A stretch of DNA of 64,000 nucleotides from Microthyrium microscopicum. Its lineage: Eukaryota. The notes under the pieces are model-generated. The model saw nothing but the letters and a program-made list of their open reading frames with translations. It was not told the DNA's origin and ran no database searches. Shown here piece after piece: positions 25,174-36,177 of the stretch (positions are counted from its first letter, which is position 1; each line of letters starts with the position of its first letter). The position numbers and the translations under genes are program-made. The DNA is taken from positions 1,701,275 through 1,765,274 of the forward strand of contig MU004234.1 of assembly GCA_010405405.1 (NCBI GenBank). Reading direction: 5' to 3'.

Positions 25174-27514
25174 CTAAGGCCTCACACTCTTAGACCTAGT
25201 CGTCAACTCGCTCAAGAATCCCATATACTCCGCCCGAATAGCCTTTCTTTGCGGCTTGTTTTTCGCCGCTCCTTCAGATTTGCCCATGTGAATCGCCGCC
25301 TTCTTCGCAGCAGCACTCGCACTCCTCAGCGCAGCCTTCTCCGCCGCCGCCCGCCTAGGATCCGCCTCCACCCACTCCGTATGCTCTTTCTCCCGTAGCT
25401 CCTGCCTCTCCGTTTGAGCTTTCTTCTTCGTCTCCCAGTGCTTCTTAAACTCCTTATCCTGATCCCTTGTGCGCGGACTACCACGTTTGCGCTCCATCTT
25501 AATATCCTTCCAGCCCAGCGGGCGCCAAACCGGCTTTGGATCTTCCGGCAATTTTCTGTGCACGCGCTGTGCTTTGCTGAGGCGCGGCTTGATGTCTTCG
25601 TCAATGGCATCGTCGCCAATGTAGTAGTCTTTGCCCATGTCATATTCGTCATCGGGGTCTTTGGGGTCCCAGGCTTGCCGGTTCTTGGCGTACCAACTAG
25701 GTGAGTGAAAGACGTATTGGTCGCGGCCCATGAGGGGGCCCATGGACTGGTGCGTCGTGTTTTCGGGCCAGCCAGTGGTGAATTTGCGGTCGACGGGGTC
25801 GACCCAGAAGATGTCGATGGGATCGCCGGGAAGATTTGTTGAGACTTCGGTATCGCTGGGCGCGGCCGTGGCGTCTGGTGCTCGGTACGGCTTGTAGCCG
25901 TCTATGGTACGCGCAAAGAGGTTTTGGGTGCGTGGGTTGAAACGAGGCGTTCGAACTTTTCTTCTACGCCCTGGATGGTATGTCGATATGATACCGTCCA
26001 GGACTTGCTTCGCTTGCATTTGAGCCATTTTTCCGACGAGATCTGGCAGAGGAACGGTGACGCGAATGCCGTACTTTGCAGAGTATTCTGGTGTTTCAAA
26101 TGGATACTTTTTGGCTTTTCTCAGCTCTTCTGCTAATTTGCTTCCGGTCTTGGATTTAGCAGCCGAGTCATTTTCCTTTGCGAGCTGTTGACTGTCCTTC
26201 CCATCTTCATTTGACTTGGCCTGACCATCTACCATAGAGGTCACGAAAGCTTCCACTTTTGCCGCAAGCTCTTCTTGAAATTCTTCGGTCATTACCAGTG
26301 TCGTCTCAAATTTCTCCGTCATCTCCGCACCATTTTCAGCCTTCACCTGGCCTGCTCTTTCTCGTCTTCCGACGTCTCTTCTTTTTCTTCCCGTTTCCTT
26401 GTTTATTTTACTCACTTCAAATATCTTCATGCCAATTTGCTTTTGAATCATGGGCTGCGCTGCTTTGCGGGCATCACCAACCTTCTTAACCGCCGCCATT
26501 GCCCTGTACATCATTGTCTGCTTCTTATACCACCCTGACAGTGCTATCCTGACTTGTTCCAAGGCTTCAGGTCGTCTAAACCGCTTGCTACGTCTTCGTG
26601 CTTGCAGAATGATTTGAGCTCTCCTGATTTGTCTTTTGAGTGTTGACAGGGCGCCGTATTCTGCTTCAGCAGCCAATGCCTCGACCGCTTTCCATTGTGC
26701 AATATCCTCGGGATCCCCGTATTCGTAGGTCTCATTTAATTTGACAATTACTGTGGAGAGATCGCATACAGACGACCCTCGTTGGTCCATCAATAATTTC
26801 TTGCGTTTGTCTTTGTTAGGTCCATGAGTTCCAAGTTTACGCCACCCGTAGTCACGAAGCATACGAAGCTCTCGAAGTTGAGTGAAGGCTAGCAAGGCGG
26901 CATCGGGGGAGGAGAAGTTTGCCACTGCGTAAGGTCGCCAGTTGTCTTTTCGGATTTTGGCAGGCACGGTTTTCTTGCCGTAGAACGTGAGAGAAGGAAG
27001 GGCTTCAGCAGGCTGAATCATAAGATTAGCAAATACCCGGACATCAGCAAGAGTAAACACATACGTCGATGTGGGCAGTCATAGAGTATAGAACCTGGTT
27101 CGTCACGACATGCGAAAAGAGATATATGGATGAACTCCTAAACTCTTCATGTCTGAACATTCTAATCCCTCCTTTCACTTTGTGCTTCACCTTGAACCCT
27201 TGGAGTTTTAATGTAGCCACGTCTCGCTTGTTGGCAGTGATGACTTGATTTTGATTTCGAACATCTTGTGTCCACAGCGGCAAGCTTTTTGACATTGGGG
27301 TACCAACGACATTGTTGAGAAGAGGTAGGTTGGGCACTTTTCTTCGCTCAAGAGCCTGTAGCTTTTTGATATATTGAAGGCGCCGTTGACTTATAGGAAG
27401 GCCTTTGTAGAAGCCGGTATATGTACCAGCTGAGTTGTACTTGAGATGATGAAGGCCCAGAAATTTGGCCTGCCGGACCTTGAAATTGCGATGGGGATGG
27501 CGTAATCGAGGCAT
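25174..27514 (-). CDS. MHR1: Mhr1 / mitochondrial ribosomal protein mL67-like, long form (intron about 27014-27064)
   Basis: IYLFSHVVTNQVLYSM|...LTFYGKKTVPAKIRKDNWRP, LRELRMLRDYGW, LMDQRGSSVCDL and the C-terminal IFWVDPVD...WPENTTH are Mhr1-family blocks. Basic N-terminus. Confidence 0.8.
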
Positions 27515-27854
27515 TATGGAGATGTTCGGAGGGAAAAGACTATGGTGACATGATGTAGAGGGCCAATTGAGCAGTTGTCGGAGCGCGACAAGAGAATAAA
27601 TCTGTCTAGATGAAAAGGGTGAAAGGGATCAGTCACGACATGAAGTTCAAGAAAAAGTTCAGAATGCCAAGGCTCACGAAGCTCTGGCCAACCACTTCGA
27701 GATCTTTGATTCAACTTCATCTCAACGTTCAACTTCATTTTAAATCAACCTTCGATCAACTCCTGCCTACGCGCAAATTCTGGTTGTCGCCCTTCTCCTG
27801 GCCTTGCCTTCATTCGATACCACAAGTACAAATTCAAGCTGTCCTCGAATCATC

Positions 27855-28766
27855 ATGGAGTCCGAGAGAGATAGCTTCCCTTTGTTTAAAGCTCCATACG
27901 AGATTCGCAACATGATCTACGAATACGCTCTTCAACTAAGCGTGACTTTCACTTTCTGCCATACACATAAAGGCGATCCGAGGAAGCCCCATCAGTGGTG
28001 GTATGCAGAAGGCAAACCTTATATCGTCGCTTATGAGCTTACTCGGCTCACACCTGCACTCCTTTTGACTAGCAAGCAGATTGCGCAAGAGACCAGATCA
28101 ATACTTCATTCCTGTCACAAAGTCATCAAATCCTCTTTTGAAGGTTCTAACATTCGCCTTGACCCGAGTCCGAGTCCTCTATTCCTCTCTCTTTGCGAAT
28201 CGGGCCGCTTCGTCATAGACCTTTCAGGCGACTATCCACTCCAAGTTCTTGGAACAAGTCTCCAACCTATTCATTCTGCCGTTCGATCGGTAGTCCTCTC
28301 GCCTCGCTGTGTGTCGGGTGACGACTCGGGCGTTCTTGATCTGTGGGAGAAGGGTGTAGATCTCCAAAGCTGGACACGCTTTGGTCGCATACTCTTCCAA
28401 ATGCCCGCGCTCAAAGAGATTGAAATGCCCTTGTCAAGTAATCCATATTATTGCGAGTGGGCACCTTCCGAAGTTTGTCAAATGCTGGAGAGCGGAAAGC
28501 TTGAAAAGATTCGGTTCTTGTATGCGAAAGGGCAACGGCACGATCGTCACCGTCACGGCCCACCCTACACCACTGATGACCTGGTGCTGAAGTATTTAGC
28601 GATAGGGCAGCGCTTGCAGAATATTCAGACCGGAGTTCCGATCGGGGACTCGATTACAGTGAGGAGAGAAGCCGAGCTTCATGACACGCTGCACGAAGGC
28701 GCCTGGAACGACTGGCCTCGAGTTGACACCATTTTTACTCTGGAACGTCTTGATCAACCAGCATGA
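27855..28766 (+). CDS. F-box-like (LPxEIRxxIY) protein, tandem paralog 1
   Basis: FPLFKAPYEIRNMIYEYAL...PALLLTSKQI. Collinear similarity with the two downstream ORFs. Confidence 0.8.
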   Translation: MESERDSFPLFKAPYEIRNMIYEYALQLSVTFTFCHTHKGDPRKPHQWWYAEGKPYIVAYELTRLTPALLLTSKQIAQETRSILHSCHKVIKSSFEGSNIRLDPSPSPLFLSLCESGRFVIDLSGDYPLQVLGTSLQPIHSAVRSVVLSPRCVSGDDSGVLDLWEKGVDLQSWTRFGRILFQMPALKEIEMPLSSNPYYCEWAPSEVCQMLESGKLEKIRFLYAKGQRHDRHRHGPPYTTDDLVLKYLAIGQRLQNIQTGVPIGDSITVRREAELHDTLHEGAWNDWPRVDTIFTLERLDQPA

Positions 28767-29006
28767 TTGGTACTTTCCTCATCCTTTGAGGTCACGATAC
28801 GCGCCAAGGCCGCTGTAGTTGGCTCTCATCATCTCAGAGATCTTAGCCGAAAGTCCGGTGCCAAGGCTCGCGAAGCTCTGACCAACTCAATGCTGACATC
28901 ACCTCTCGAATCACATTTATGATTTAGCATCATCAGCTTGCCATTCTCCTACATGTTATCAGTGTCGCCCTTCGGGCAAGCTTCCAGGTTGTTCTCAAGT
29001 ATAACT

Positions 29007-30188
29007 ATGGAGCCCGTTCAAACTACCTCTCGTCTGCTCGATCTTCCTCTTGAAATCCGCCTCATTATCTACGAGCTCGTTCTTCTTCCACGAGTAACCT
29101 TCAGCATCCGCGATTACTTTCTACATCGTCGCGGCGAACCTCGTCCTAATCATTTTCCTTACAATTTCCCTGCTGAAGGTCGATGGTGGAAAAGTAGGAA
29201 CAATAACCATATGGTCTCATACGAGTTTTCCTTGCCCATTCCTCCCCTACTGACGGCATGCAAACAAATTGCCGGCGAGAGTCAACTAGTGCTGCGTCAC
29301 TATCATAAAGTCATCAAATCCTCCTTTGATCACGAAGACTTTATCGCGGACCCTAGTCCTCTTTTCCTCGCTATCTGCGATTCTGCTCGCTTTGTTATAG
29401 ACACTACAGGCAACTTTTCAAAGCTCTATTTCGAGAGGTCTTTACAGCCAATTCGCTCCTCTATTCGATCAATCGTTATATCACCTCGTTGCCTGGCTGT
29501 TACTAGTCCTAGTACTCGCCAATTATGGATGAAAAGTCCGGACGAAGAATGGACCCCCTTTTCGCGCATGCTTCTCACCATGTCTGCCCTCGAGGAGGTA
29601 GCGGTCTCGATAGATGCCGGGGTCGGGGGACGTTGTGCTGAGATGGCTGCTATAGAAGTCTGTCAAATGGTCGAGATGGGGAAACTTGCAAAGGTTCGAT
29701 ATCTGTGCCGGGAAGAACAGGTCAACCGGGATCTGTTTGGCGGATCGACACGTTACTATGTCATGTCTATAATAGGTGAGGCGCAACGCTTGAGTGCTTT
29801 CGATTCACCTGCCAGCATCAAGCATCTCCTCAGAGTGGAAAGAGAAAAGATTCCTGTCGGTCCTCTACACCAACAGTGGATGGACTGGCCGGAGGGTGAC
29901 AAAGTCTTTGTCCTAGAGCGCGACGATGGTCAACCCAGAGCAGATCAGTACGTGTATGACTCCGATGATGATTGGGAAGATTCCGAGGAAGATAGGGGAG
30001 AGTCCAGAGAAGACGATGAGGTCGGTTCCGAGGGACACATTGGAGTTCTCGCTAGGGCAGACTCCACTGATGAATCTGGTGAAAACCGCGAGGATGTCTC
30101 TGAATACGATTCCAAGGATGATTCCGAATATTCAGAGCAAGACTCCGAGGTTGACCCCGGGGAGCACGCAGACGATGACGACTATTGA
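29007..30188 (+). CDS. F-box-like protein, tandem paralog 2 (acidic tail)
   Basis: SRLLDLPLEIRLIIYELVL...PPLLTACKQI...HKVIKSSF...PSPLFLAICDSARFVID. D/E-rich C-terminus. Confidence 0.8.
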   Translation: MEPVQTTSRLLDLPLEIRLIIYELVLLPRVTFSIRDYFLHRRGEPRPNHFPYNFPAEGRWWKSRNNNHMVSYEFSLPIPPLLTACKQIAGESQLVLRHYHKVIKSSFDHEDFIADPSPLFLAICDSARFVIDTTGNFSKLYFERSLQPIRSSIRSIVISPRCLAVTSPSTRQLWMKSPDEEWTPFSRMLLTMSALEEVAVSIDAGVGGRCAEMAAIEVCQMVEMGKLAKVRYLCREEQVNRDLFGGSTRYYVMSIIGEAQRLSAFDSPASIKHLLRVEREKIPVGPLHQQWMDWPEGDKVFVLERDDGQPRADQYVYDSDDDWEDSEEDRGESREDDEVGSEGHIGVLARADSTDESGENREDVSEYDSKDDSEYSEQDSEVDPGEHADDDDY

Positions 30189-31014
30189 TTACGACTGCAT
30201 TCATCGTCCAAATAAACAGCGATAGCTCTTTAGCGTAGTAACTCAGGCCCTGACGCGCTTCGAATAAGCCTGGGCGAAGTGAAGTCCCGTTTTACATGTC
30301 ACGAGAGACCCAGTTCCATACCCACGACATACCATAGCACTCGATGACCCAGCACATTGATCCACCCCGAGAGCAATACGATATGAATTACCAAAGATTT
30401 AGCCACACCGAAGTCAGCGGCTTCTAGGTATCATGCAGTATATACGACTGATATCCAGAACAGGAAAGCGTATTCCACTGGAATCAGAGGACTGGCGAGC
30501 ACTCACGACCCTCGATGTAACTATAACATGAATTATGTATGGATTGATCGCATGATATTATAATTCCCGGTAATCTAATGCTACCAGTGCTTATCGCGAC
30601 TCCTCTCACTTTTCTACCGTAGCTCCAATTATAGCACTGTGTCGTTGTCTTGTTGGTATGTGTGAAACAACGTAAGAGCTGATGATCTTGATGTTGCTTT
30701 GGCCGTTGGAAAAAATAAACGGAACCAGCTCGCGAACCCGCCAATGGATGATGATCTGGCGGCCTAGCCATACCTTGTCATACCCAACCACCCAACCTCA
30801 CCTCTTGAGAAGTCATTCTTTCTGTGCTCACCGCCTACAAAATCGAACACGCGTACTTCAATTCGAACCACCAAAGTCCTGCAAAACGATAGACTAACAT
30901 CGATACCGAAAATTGATAGCAAGTGCCCAATCGGAGGCCGGTCCAAGGGTCCATCAAAATATCTTCCAGCACACTTCGTAGCTTGAGTACACCGCAAGTC
31001 ATTACACTGTCACA

Positions 31015-32067
31015 ATGGAAGAGGATACAAGGACTTTCCCGTTTATGAAAATTCCTATCGAGCTCCGCATCATCATTTACGAACTTGCCCTTTTTCCAAG
31101 AGCAACGTTTGCGCTTTTCAGTCCAATGAGTGACGAAAAACATCTTCCAGAAGGACATGATCAATGGTGGTACAGCAAGGGGAAGCGTAAGGAACACGTA
31201 TTGTCATATCAGTTTGCCCTTTCGCCATTGCTTCTGGTCTGCAAGCAAATCCACCACGAAACCAAGCCAGTAATGCGGTCTTATCACAATACCGTTCAAT
31301 CCTCTTTCATTCACGAAGACGTTATTGCAGAACCCCACCCCCTATTTATATCCATTTGCGAAAACAGTCGCTTTGTGCTGGACAGCTTTGGGAAGATCAA
31401 CAGGAAATTTCTGGAGCAATCATTAGCACCAGTTCACCTTGCGGTTCGATCGATAATCATCAAAAGTCACTGTCTATTCCTCGACGATGGACCCACTTCT
31501 CTGCTTTGGTCTGGAGATAATGACGCTCACTGGCTCCCTTTTACGCAAAGTTTGATTCGAATGCCTGCTCTTGAAGAGGTGGCTATATACGTACCAAGCG
31601 AAGAGGAAGGCGATTGGTATTGCAGTCAGGCCCTTCCAGAACTCAGTGAATTGCTAGAACTAGGAAAGCTTCGGAGGCTTTGGTACTTGTTCACAGATCC
31701 GAATATAGAAGCCGAGAACAGCGATTATCTTGAGAGGGCTTTGAGACCAGAAGTGCCCGAACCCCTAGAGGACTACTGGAAAGCCTGTGAAGAGTCGGAA
31801 AAGTCACCAGATAGATTCAGTTCGACTAGAGATGATCAGTTTGTGGAAGCAATCTGCGATGGATACAAGGATGGCTGGCAAGCACTTCGCTCTGCTTTTC
31901 GTCTTGAGCGTGTAGGAGAGCCGATTGGAGACAAGGCTGTTCTGGAGCTGTCTGACGGTTCGGATTCTGATGATCTAATGGATTGGGAAGACCAGTTTGA
32001 GGAAGAATCTGAAGAAGAATCTGGAGGCTATGACGAGTATGGCAGCGAAGACGAATTTGAAGGTTAG
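31015..32067 (+). CDS. F-box-like protein, tandem paralog 3 (acidic tail)
   Basis: FPFMKIPIELRIIIYELAL...SPLLLVCKQI...PHPLFISICENSRFVLD...MPALEEV...LELGKL. Confidence 0.8.
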   Translation: MEEDTRTFPFMKIPIELRIIIYELALFPRATFALFSPMSDEKHLPEGHDQWWYSKGKRKEHVLSYQFALSPLLLVCKQIHHETKPVMRSYHNTVQSSFIHEDVIAEPHPLFISICENSRFVLDSFGKINRKFLEQSLAPVHLAVRSIIIKSHCLFLDDGPTSLLWSGDNDAHWLPFTQSLIRMPALEEVAIYVPSEEEGDWYCSQALPELSELLELGKLRRLWYLFTDPNIEAENSDYLERALRPEVPEPLEDYWKACEESEKSPDRFSSTRDDQFVEAICDGYKDGWQALRSAFRLERVGEPIGDKAVLELSDGSDSDDLMDWEDQFEEESEEESGGYDEYGSEDEFEG

Positions 32068-32386
32068 TGTTCAGTCTGGCAAGTCTCGCTTGAGATATAT
32101 AGAGCGAGCACGGCGAGCGAACGAGAAGCCTTCTCTGAGACTACAGCGTTTTAGTCAATGGAGTTTCTCTCATGGGGAAGCATCAACACTTGACAGATAT
32201 GCCTAGTCGCCCCAGACAGTGACCTCAAATTAGTGCTACATTGACCGCTTCTGAGGACATATGATATAGGTTCTTGTTTGAAACATAAACCAACGCGGAA
32301 AGACCTGTCAAATGCGATAAGTCAGCGAGCGATCCAAATCACATATCGGTATTTGCTTCAATGCTAAGTGTTCATTTTGTATGATT

Positions 32387-35300
32387 TCAGTTACGGCTGT
32401 TCTCTTTTAACTTCATCGCCTGCAGCAGAGTATTGTAATGTTGTCCAAATAGCTTCTCCGTACTTTTCTTGTCGATACAAGTAAAGTAGAACGGAAACTC
32501 GTACTCGGGGTCTTTTCCTTGATTCTCAGTTTTCAAAGCATCATCCGCCTTAGGGATATTTTCTTTTCCTCTGATCAATTGAGCGATTCTTTCTAATTCT
32601 AGTTTTCCCCCAGACGACTTCCGCACAGCCATATAGCGCAGGCCAAGCTGAATTCTCTCTGTACTGGCCAAGAACTTTTCAGTATCGGTCGCAGGGGTCA
32701 GCAAGACGGTGAGTATGAGCAAGTTCTTTCCTTTCTTCAACTGTTCTTTCTTCAACTGTCGAAGTTTGTCCCAAAAAGCTTTTTGCTTCACATTTGCACC
32801 ATTGAACCATTGATTAGGATCTAGGGTGCGAATCACTCCCAGCACTTCAGCATTGCTAATCTTGTTCGCACTTGTTTTGAGCTTGTGGGTCATTAGTAGA
32901 TCTCTGTGCTGGATCATGGATTTGAACCTCACCTGTATAGCGCAAAGTATAGAAGTTGTACCGTTCTCGAGCATGAAAACGACGTCCGGCCCAGCAAAGT
33001 TGGAAGGGAAACAAAACTTAGGACAAGGCTTGTCCTCGAACACATTTGTTATCCACTCCGTCAAGTCTAGTTTCTGATCAAATTGCAAACTCGGATTTGG
33101 CCACGGAGGATTGTAGAGTCTGAAGTTATTTAGAGATCCGATGCAGATGCTCTTACTGCTAGGCTCGATCCACTGAGCTTCCTCAAGCAATCCTGTTATC
33201 GAAAGATTGCTCTCTTGGTTTATTGAACGCTTAATACACTGCAGTGGTTAGTGAAGAATTCGTGCTACAGAGAGTGTCACATACGGATGCCAGGTACCAC
33301 TCTGAAGCTTTTCCAAAGGCAGACGCATCATTTTGATTAAGGCTGAGCAAAGACTTCAAAACCTTGTTTCCTGCGTTCTCAGATGACTCTATATGCTCGA
33401 TCACGGCGTCTACAGCAAGCTGCTCAGAGAGTATCTGTCTGACCTCTGTGGCATCTAGCTTTTCTACGTGTGCAAAGCCTTCTGTGATAAGTTGTCCGGA
33501 TTTTGTATCTTGTGCTATCCAGCTCCGGTGCATGAGATCGGCTTGTACAGCAGTCCAGTACAGATCGTCGAGGGCTTCCTGATAATCGAGGTCCTTTTCC
33601 AGCACGCACAGCCGCTCCTTGAGTCTTTTTTTCACCAGCTTTTGCACTTTGAATGATTCCTCGCGAATATCTTCCTCCCTTAATGGGCTGTTTGGATCCT
33701 GGAGAAACAGTGCAAACAAGTATTCAATGTACAAAGTGGACCAGCGGATGCGACCTCGAAAAGCGCGGGCTTGTCGAAACACTGTCTTTTCATGCGGTTT
33801 GATGCTTTGGATAAAGATCTCGACCATTTCTGTGATTGCCTGTTTCATGGCATTTTGCATGCTCGATGCGTCAGACGAAACAACCACTTCGTACCGTGGC
33901 TGGAGCCACCCTTTGACTCTCTCATAGCAATCGTCTTTAGTAGCTGTCACTCTCTCATAGCAATCGTCCTTAGTAACTGTCGCAGTACCAAAAGAGAACA
34001 CGCTCCGAAGAGCATGGTATGTTTTTTCAAGCAAGAATGGTTCCCCTCGTAAGGCCCTGATAGTGCTTCGATCTTCAGGCTGCAATTGTCCCACTTGTAA
34101 TTCTGCTAGTACGAGATGACCAATACGAGCGATGAGTCGGCGAACGTGTGCCTTCATTAGAGAATCAAATACTTTCTCGGACGCTATGAGATGCATTTGC
34201 GAAGTGGTAACCGTATCTCTTCCGCGAAGGTGCTTATTAAGTCTGAAGGCTTTCTTACACTCGTTCAAAGAGAGGGATGTTCCAGTCACCCGAACTCCAA
34301 CATCCTTCGTAGGCTCCACGACAGTATTCCATTTGTCATTAGATACTAGCTGAATGACAGTCTCCTCAAGTAGCGATGACGGCGTGTTATCAAACGATAA
34401 ATGGGGAACATTTAGGTCACATTGCGCTTCATCAATGTGAATGTCAAACCTAAGTTCGTTCGACATCAAAAGGTCGTCGGAGGTCGTAAGCAAAAACCGA
34501 ACTTTTAGCAGTCTGTAGAAGGGATCTAGGCCCGCAACGCACGAGGTCTGGAACAATAGCCATAGTCGTCGCGAATCAAGCTCTACGGTTTTCCCCATTC
34601 CAGCCGATTTGCGAATCTAAGAGATGTGGCTCTCGAAAACCCGAAAGATCTCGACGCGGTTTCGTATTAGGCGTGCGGCCGCGTCATCCAGTCCATATCC
34701 GGTTCGGAAATCCAAACGTCGTACTATCTGGGAGAAAAGTCTGGTATCTTCAGAGGCTCCTTCGCGCCGCGGAAGAAAAGGATCTTGAAGCGGATCGACG
34801 CTCGAATCAGTACTTCCAGCCACGAAGTAAAAACCCCATTTTTTGGCGATGCAATCAAAAACGACTTGTGTCTTTCCAGATCCGCTGACTGAGAACATAA
34901 TGTCCCAATCGCTGTCGACATTGACGGTGTTCAAATCTTCCATCGATGATTGTAAGAACGAACAGTCCGGTAAGCCCTTCTCTATGCCTGGACAAAGTAG
35001 ACGGAACCAGAGGTCTACTTCATTTCTTACTTGAGTTCTATAGACGTCTTTTAAGAAGACTTCCATTCCACGAAGAAAAGGCGAGTGTTCATGGGCCCTC
35101 GCATTCGCATTCCCCCAAGTGAACGCTGGTTCTGATGCATTTCGTTCCAGATCAGGGATGCAAAATTCCTTTTTCAATGGTTGCGCCGGTAGGAAGCCTT
35201 GTTAGAGTCAGCCTAGGTAGGACCTGAAAAACGGAGACTGACCACCTGCAGTTGTCATAGCTTGAGACCGAGCACTGTACACTTTCTGGAGTAACGCCAT

Positions 35301-35858
35301 TGTAGCAGAGCGGGTTCGAATGAAATTGACATCACGGCTGCTTGTATCTATGCTGAAGTTCCCCTCCTTCCACCTGTCGTATAGAAGATCGTGATAGCCG
35401 TCGTTGTTTTCATTGTCAAGCTCCTGGGTCCATTGCCACATAGTAGCGAAGAGTTCCATATCGTGCCCGTAAACGTCCCAAATGATTGTCTCGAGGTCTG
35501 GGAAAAGCCATCGTCCAGAACGAGGTTGGCGCGTACGGGTGCTAGATCGGATACGAATGTCGCAGTAGAGTTGATTGCTGAGTATCAAGTTCAAGATCCT
35601 ATCTACGCAAGGCGGTCAGTAACAGCATAATTGTACTAGAGATACTTTGACAGCAGTTCACGAAGCTAAAGGAATCGAGACGTGCTTGCTCATCGACATC
35701 AACTTACCATCAGTTGGTAGGCTCGAACACTGAGATCCACGCTTCATTGACTCCGGAAAATTATGTATGCACCATCTCCAGCAAAACCATAATCGATATC
35801 TGTTAGTACCCAGTGGATACAAGTCGCGATATTCATCGAATGTCAGGATATCCGCCAT
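32387..35858 (-). pseudogene. Crinkler-related (CR-NTPase + REase)-like gene: P-loop NTPase plus C-terminal PD-(D/E)xK nuclease, interrupted by one in-frame TAG (34617-34619)
   Basis: Introns 35603-35707, about 35198-35242, 33239-33284 and 32882-32932 join all exons in one frame. Motifs SVSGSGKT (Walker A), WLLFQ, HIDEAQ (Walker B), VTGTSLSL, FRGRIRW, FGKASE, FPSNFAGPDVVF...CAIQ|LK. The start codon is uncertain. Pseudogene versus readthrough versus sequencing error is unresolved. Confidence 0.65.
33917..33980. repeat. 33-bp in-frame tandem duplication (TKDDCYERV x2) within the NTPase-nuclease gene
   Basis: The protein reads VTKDDCYERVTATKDDCYERVKG. DNA actctctcatagcaatcgtcYttagtaRctgtc is present about twice. 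Confidence 0.8.
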
Positions 35859-36177
35859 GATCTCCGAGGTTTGTAGGCATGGATAGTTGGGCACAAGATA
35901 GCATTATAAGGTTTGAGGCCTATCTTCCTAAATGTCTCTTTTCTCTTCCATTTGAGACTGCAGATTGGCTGCTATGTTTAGATCAGGCTGCATGATTCTA
36001 CCTGGAGGTGGTCCACCTTTCGCCTTGTGATTTTGTGCTAGACTTGCCTGTTCCATCCTTGACTCGCTGAAGAAGTTAGCATCATGGTAACTAGTATCAC
36101 ATGCTCGTGAATACCTTTAAGTTGGGAGATACTTCCAATGGCCAAAGCATTTGCTGGGGTACAGATTGCGAACTGCC

